Shown here: positions 61,652-63,102 of the stretch, piece by piece
Layout: the number at the start of each line of letters is the position of its first letter
Position numbering within the stretch: position 1 is the stretch's first letter
NCBI RefSeq assembly: GCF_000143415.4
Contig: NW_003314264.1
Span: 811,304-874,405, forward strand
Length of the DNA stretch: 63,102 nt
Origin: Selaginella moellendorffii
Lineage: Eukaryota; Plantae; Lycopodiophyta
Reading direction: 5' to 3'
Position numbers and translations under genes: made by a program
The notes under the pieces: generated by a model
Database searches by the model: none
What the model was told of the DNA's origin: nothing
The model's input: the letters and a program-made list of their open reading frames with translations, nothing else

Positions 61652-62898
61652 TGTTTGATGCTTGAGCATATTTCTAGTTTATGAGAATTTATGTAGAGGT
61701 GAATTTATATGAAGTTGTAAGTAGGAGGAAGTTGATTGAGTCTTGAAAATTTCTATTCCTAGATTGATAATCATTGTTTCTTTAGGATGGAAAATTTCTA
61801 TAAATTTTCTTATGTTTTTCCAATGGCAAATTTGTTAATAATTTTGCCTAAAAACCATTCTGTTTTGAAAAGCTATTACAAATTAGTGGAAGGGTTTGAG
61901 TTAATTTTAGTTAACTTAGATCTTAGTACATAATTTATATAATTCCACTCTAAAAAGATGCTAACTTTTGGGGCTAAGGTAATTGAGTTGGATAAAGTCT
62001 AGAGTTAGTGTAGAAAAGTGGTTATTATACTTTTCAAGAAAAGTGACCCTTATGTTTTTCTTTTGTAGTATCAAGCTTAACTACAAGTTATACTTTGCAT
62101 TTCATACACTCTATGAGAGTAATAAACTCCCACTAATCTTGATTTGATTTTGATACCCTTGTGCCTTGGTTGAGGATAGTGATGTCCACTTTAGTTATTT
62201 ACAGTTGAAATATTAATACTTGTATTATAACCTTTGTCTATTAGGAGGTTATATTTCTATGAGTCCATCCTATGGTGTTCACTTTAGTTTTGGCTGAGTG
62301 TTGATCATACATAACTAACCTCTTCAAAGCATATTCAGAGCTATTGGCTATACATATTAATGAGTTTATTGTTGTATGATTAAATTTGAGTAGTTATTTT
62401 GTCTATATTCCTTTATATTATATATGGAGTGTTACTTTTCCTTGGACAAATATATAACTCAAATATATGAGTTTAGTGTTTGTGGTTTTATGATAATGAG
62501 TTAAAAAGTGATTGTTGGTTTTTTTGCAACTAGTGATTGCTTGTTGACTTCATCAAAGACTATTGACATTTTACTTAGCTCAATAATGATTTAGTAATGA
62601 TGGGCTTACTGGATGGTATTGCAAAGGATTGTGTTGTTAGCTTTACATGGTTTTTCTATGTTGATGTATCAATTCTACTTCTATCAATATTATGTGGCTA
62701 TGTTTAGTCCATGGTGTTGGATTACATTGAGTCTTGGATATGGTGAATCACTTTTTAATGATGCGTTATTTGTAACTAAGTATTATTAAAAATTTGGTCC
62801 TAAATATTGAGTAAGGTATTTTCAACCTTAGTTAGTTTGGTTGTTAAAGAGTTTTGAGTGGTGACTTACTTTTGCTTTCTTTTAGCTTTGTTATGGTG

Positions 62899-62965
62899 TT
62901 TGATGCTTTGATGCTTTGATGCTTTGACATGATGTTTGATGCTTTGATGCTTTGATGCTTTGACA
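62899..62965. repeat. TTTGATGC 8-bp tandem repeat
   Basis: About 7-8 units. Confidence 0.9.
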
Positions 62966-63102
62966 TTAAATTAAAGTGAAATGAAATGTTTCTCCATAGG
63001 ATTAATGTTGTGTTTCATTAGTCTCAATACAAATAATGTTGATGATTTAGTTGTAGCTTTATGTTAGCATTTGTGTCTTTGCTGATTAGCAATTATATAA
63101 GT

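Larger units (their letters stand above)
58412..63102 (+). mobile_element. Very degenerate LTR retrotransposon, paralog of the 26402 element, hosting a TRIM solo LTR and a Cassandra-like element
   Basis: Collinear with 26402-27157, 28633-31757 and 35135-35280. Confidence 0.75.

Overview
This is eukaryotic land-plant nuclear DNA. The very short (~50-80 nt) introns, dense genes and Selaginella-style PPR gene suggest a lycophyte such as Selaginella, but that is an inference. Positions 1-38 kb and 56-63 kb are a nest of LTR retrotransposons: a decayed non-chromovirus Ty3/gypsy, a young chromovirus with both LTRs and a TSD, solo LTRs, two heavily decayed families, a 724-bp TRIM and a Cassandra-like TRIM with 5S-rRNA-like sequence in its LTRs. 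Positions 38-56 kb are a gene-dense island: ARID/ELM2-SANT, serine acetyltransferase plus pseudocopies, PsaK, two Em/LEA genes, TM9SF/TMN, CLC-f, a P-class PPR and a small secreted protein. The main candidate novelty is the chromovirus at 10156-17689, which appears to be controlled by splicing. Two GT-AG micro-introns must be removed to build the integrase. A candidate intron at the gag/pol junction would give Gag alone when spliced. A candidate leader intron would delete the primer-binding site, which could explain how introns survive in a retroelement. The 3' UTR is a chain of hairpins, two with tRNA-like T-loops. A 3.4-kb cassette of captured gene fragments, including an intact dirigent gene, sits inside a dead retroelement between 12-bp direct repeats. 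There are two N gaps.
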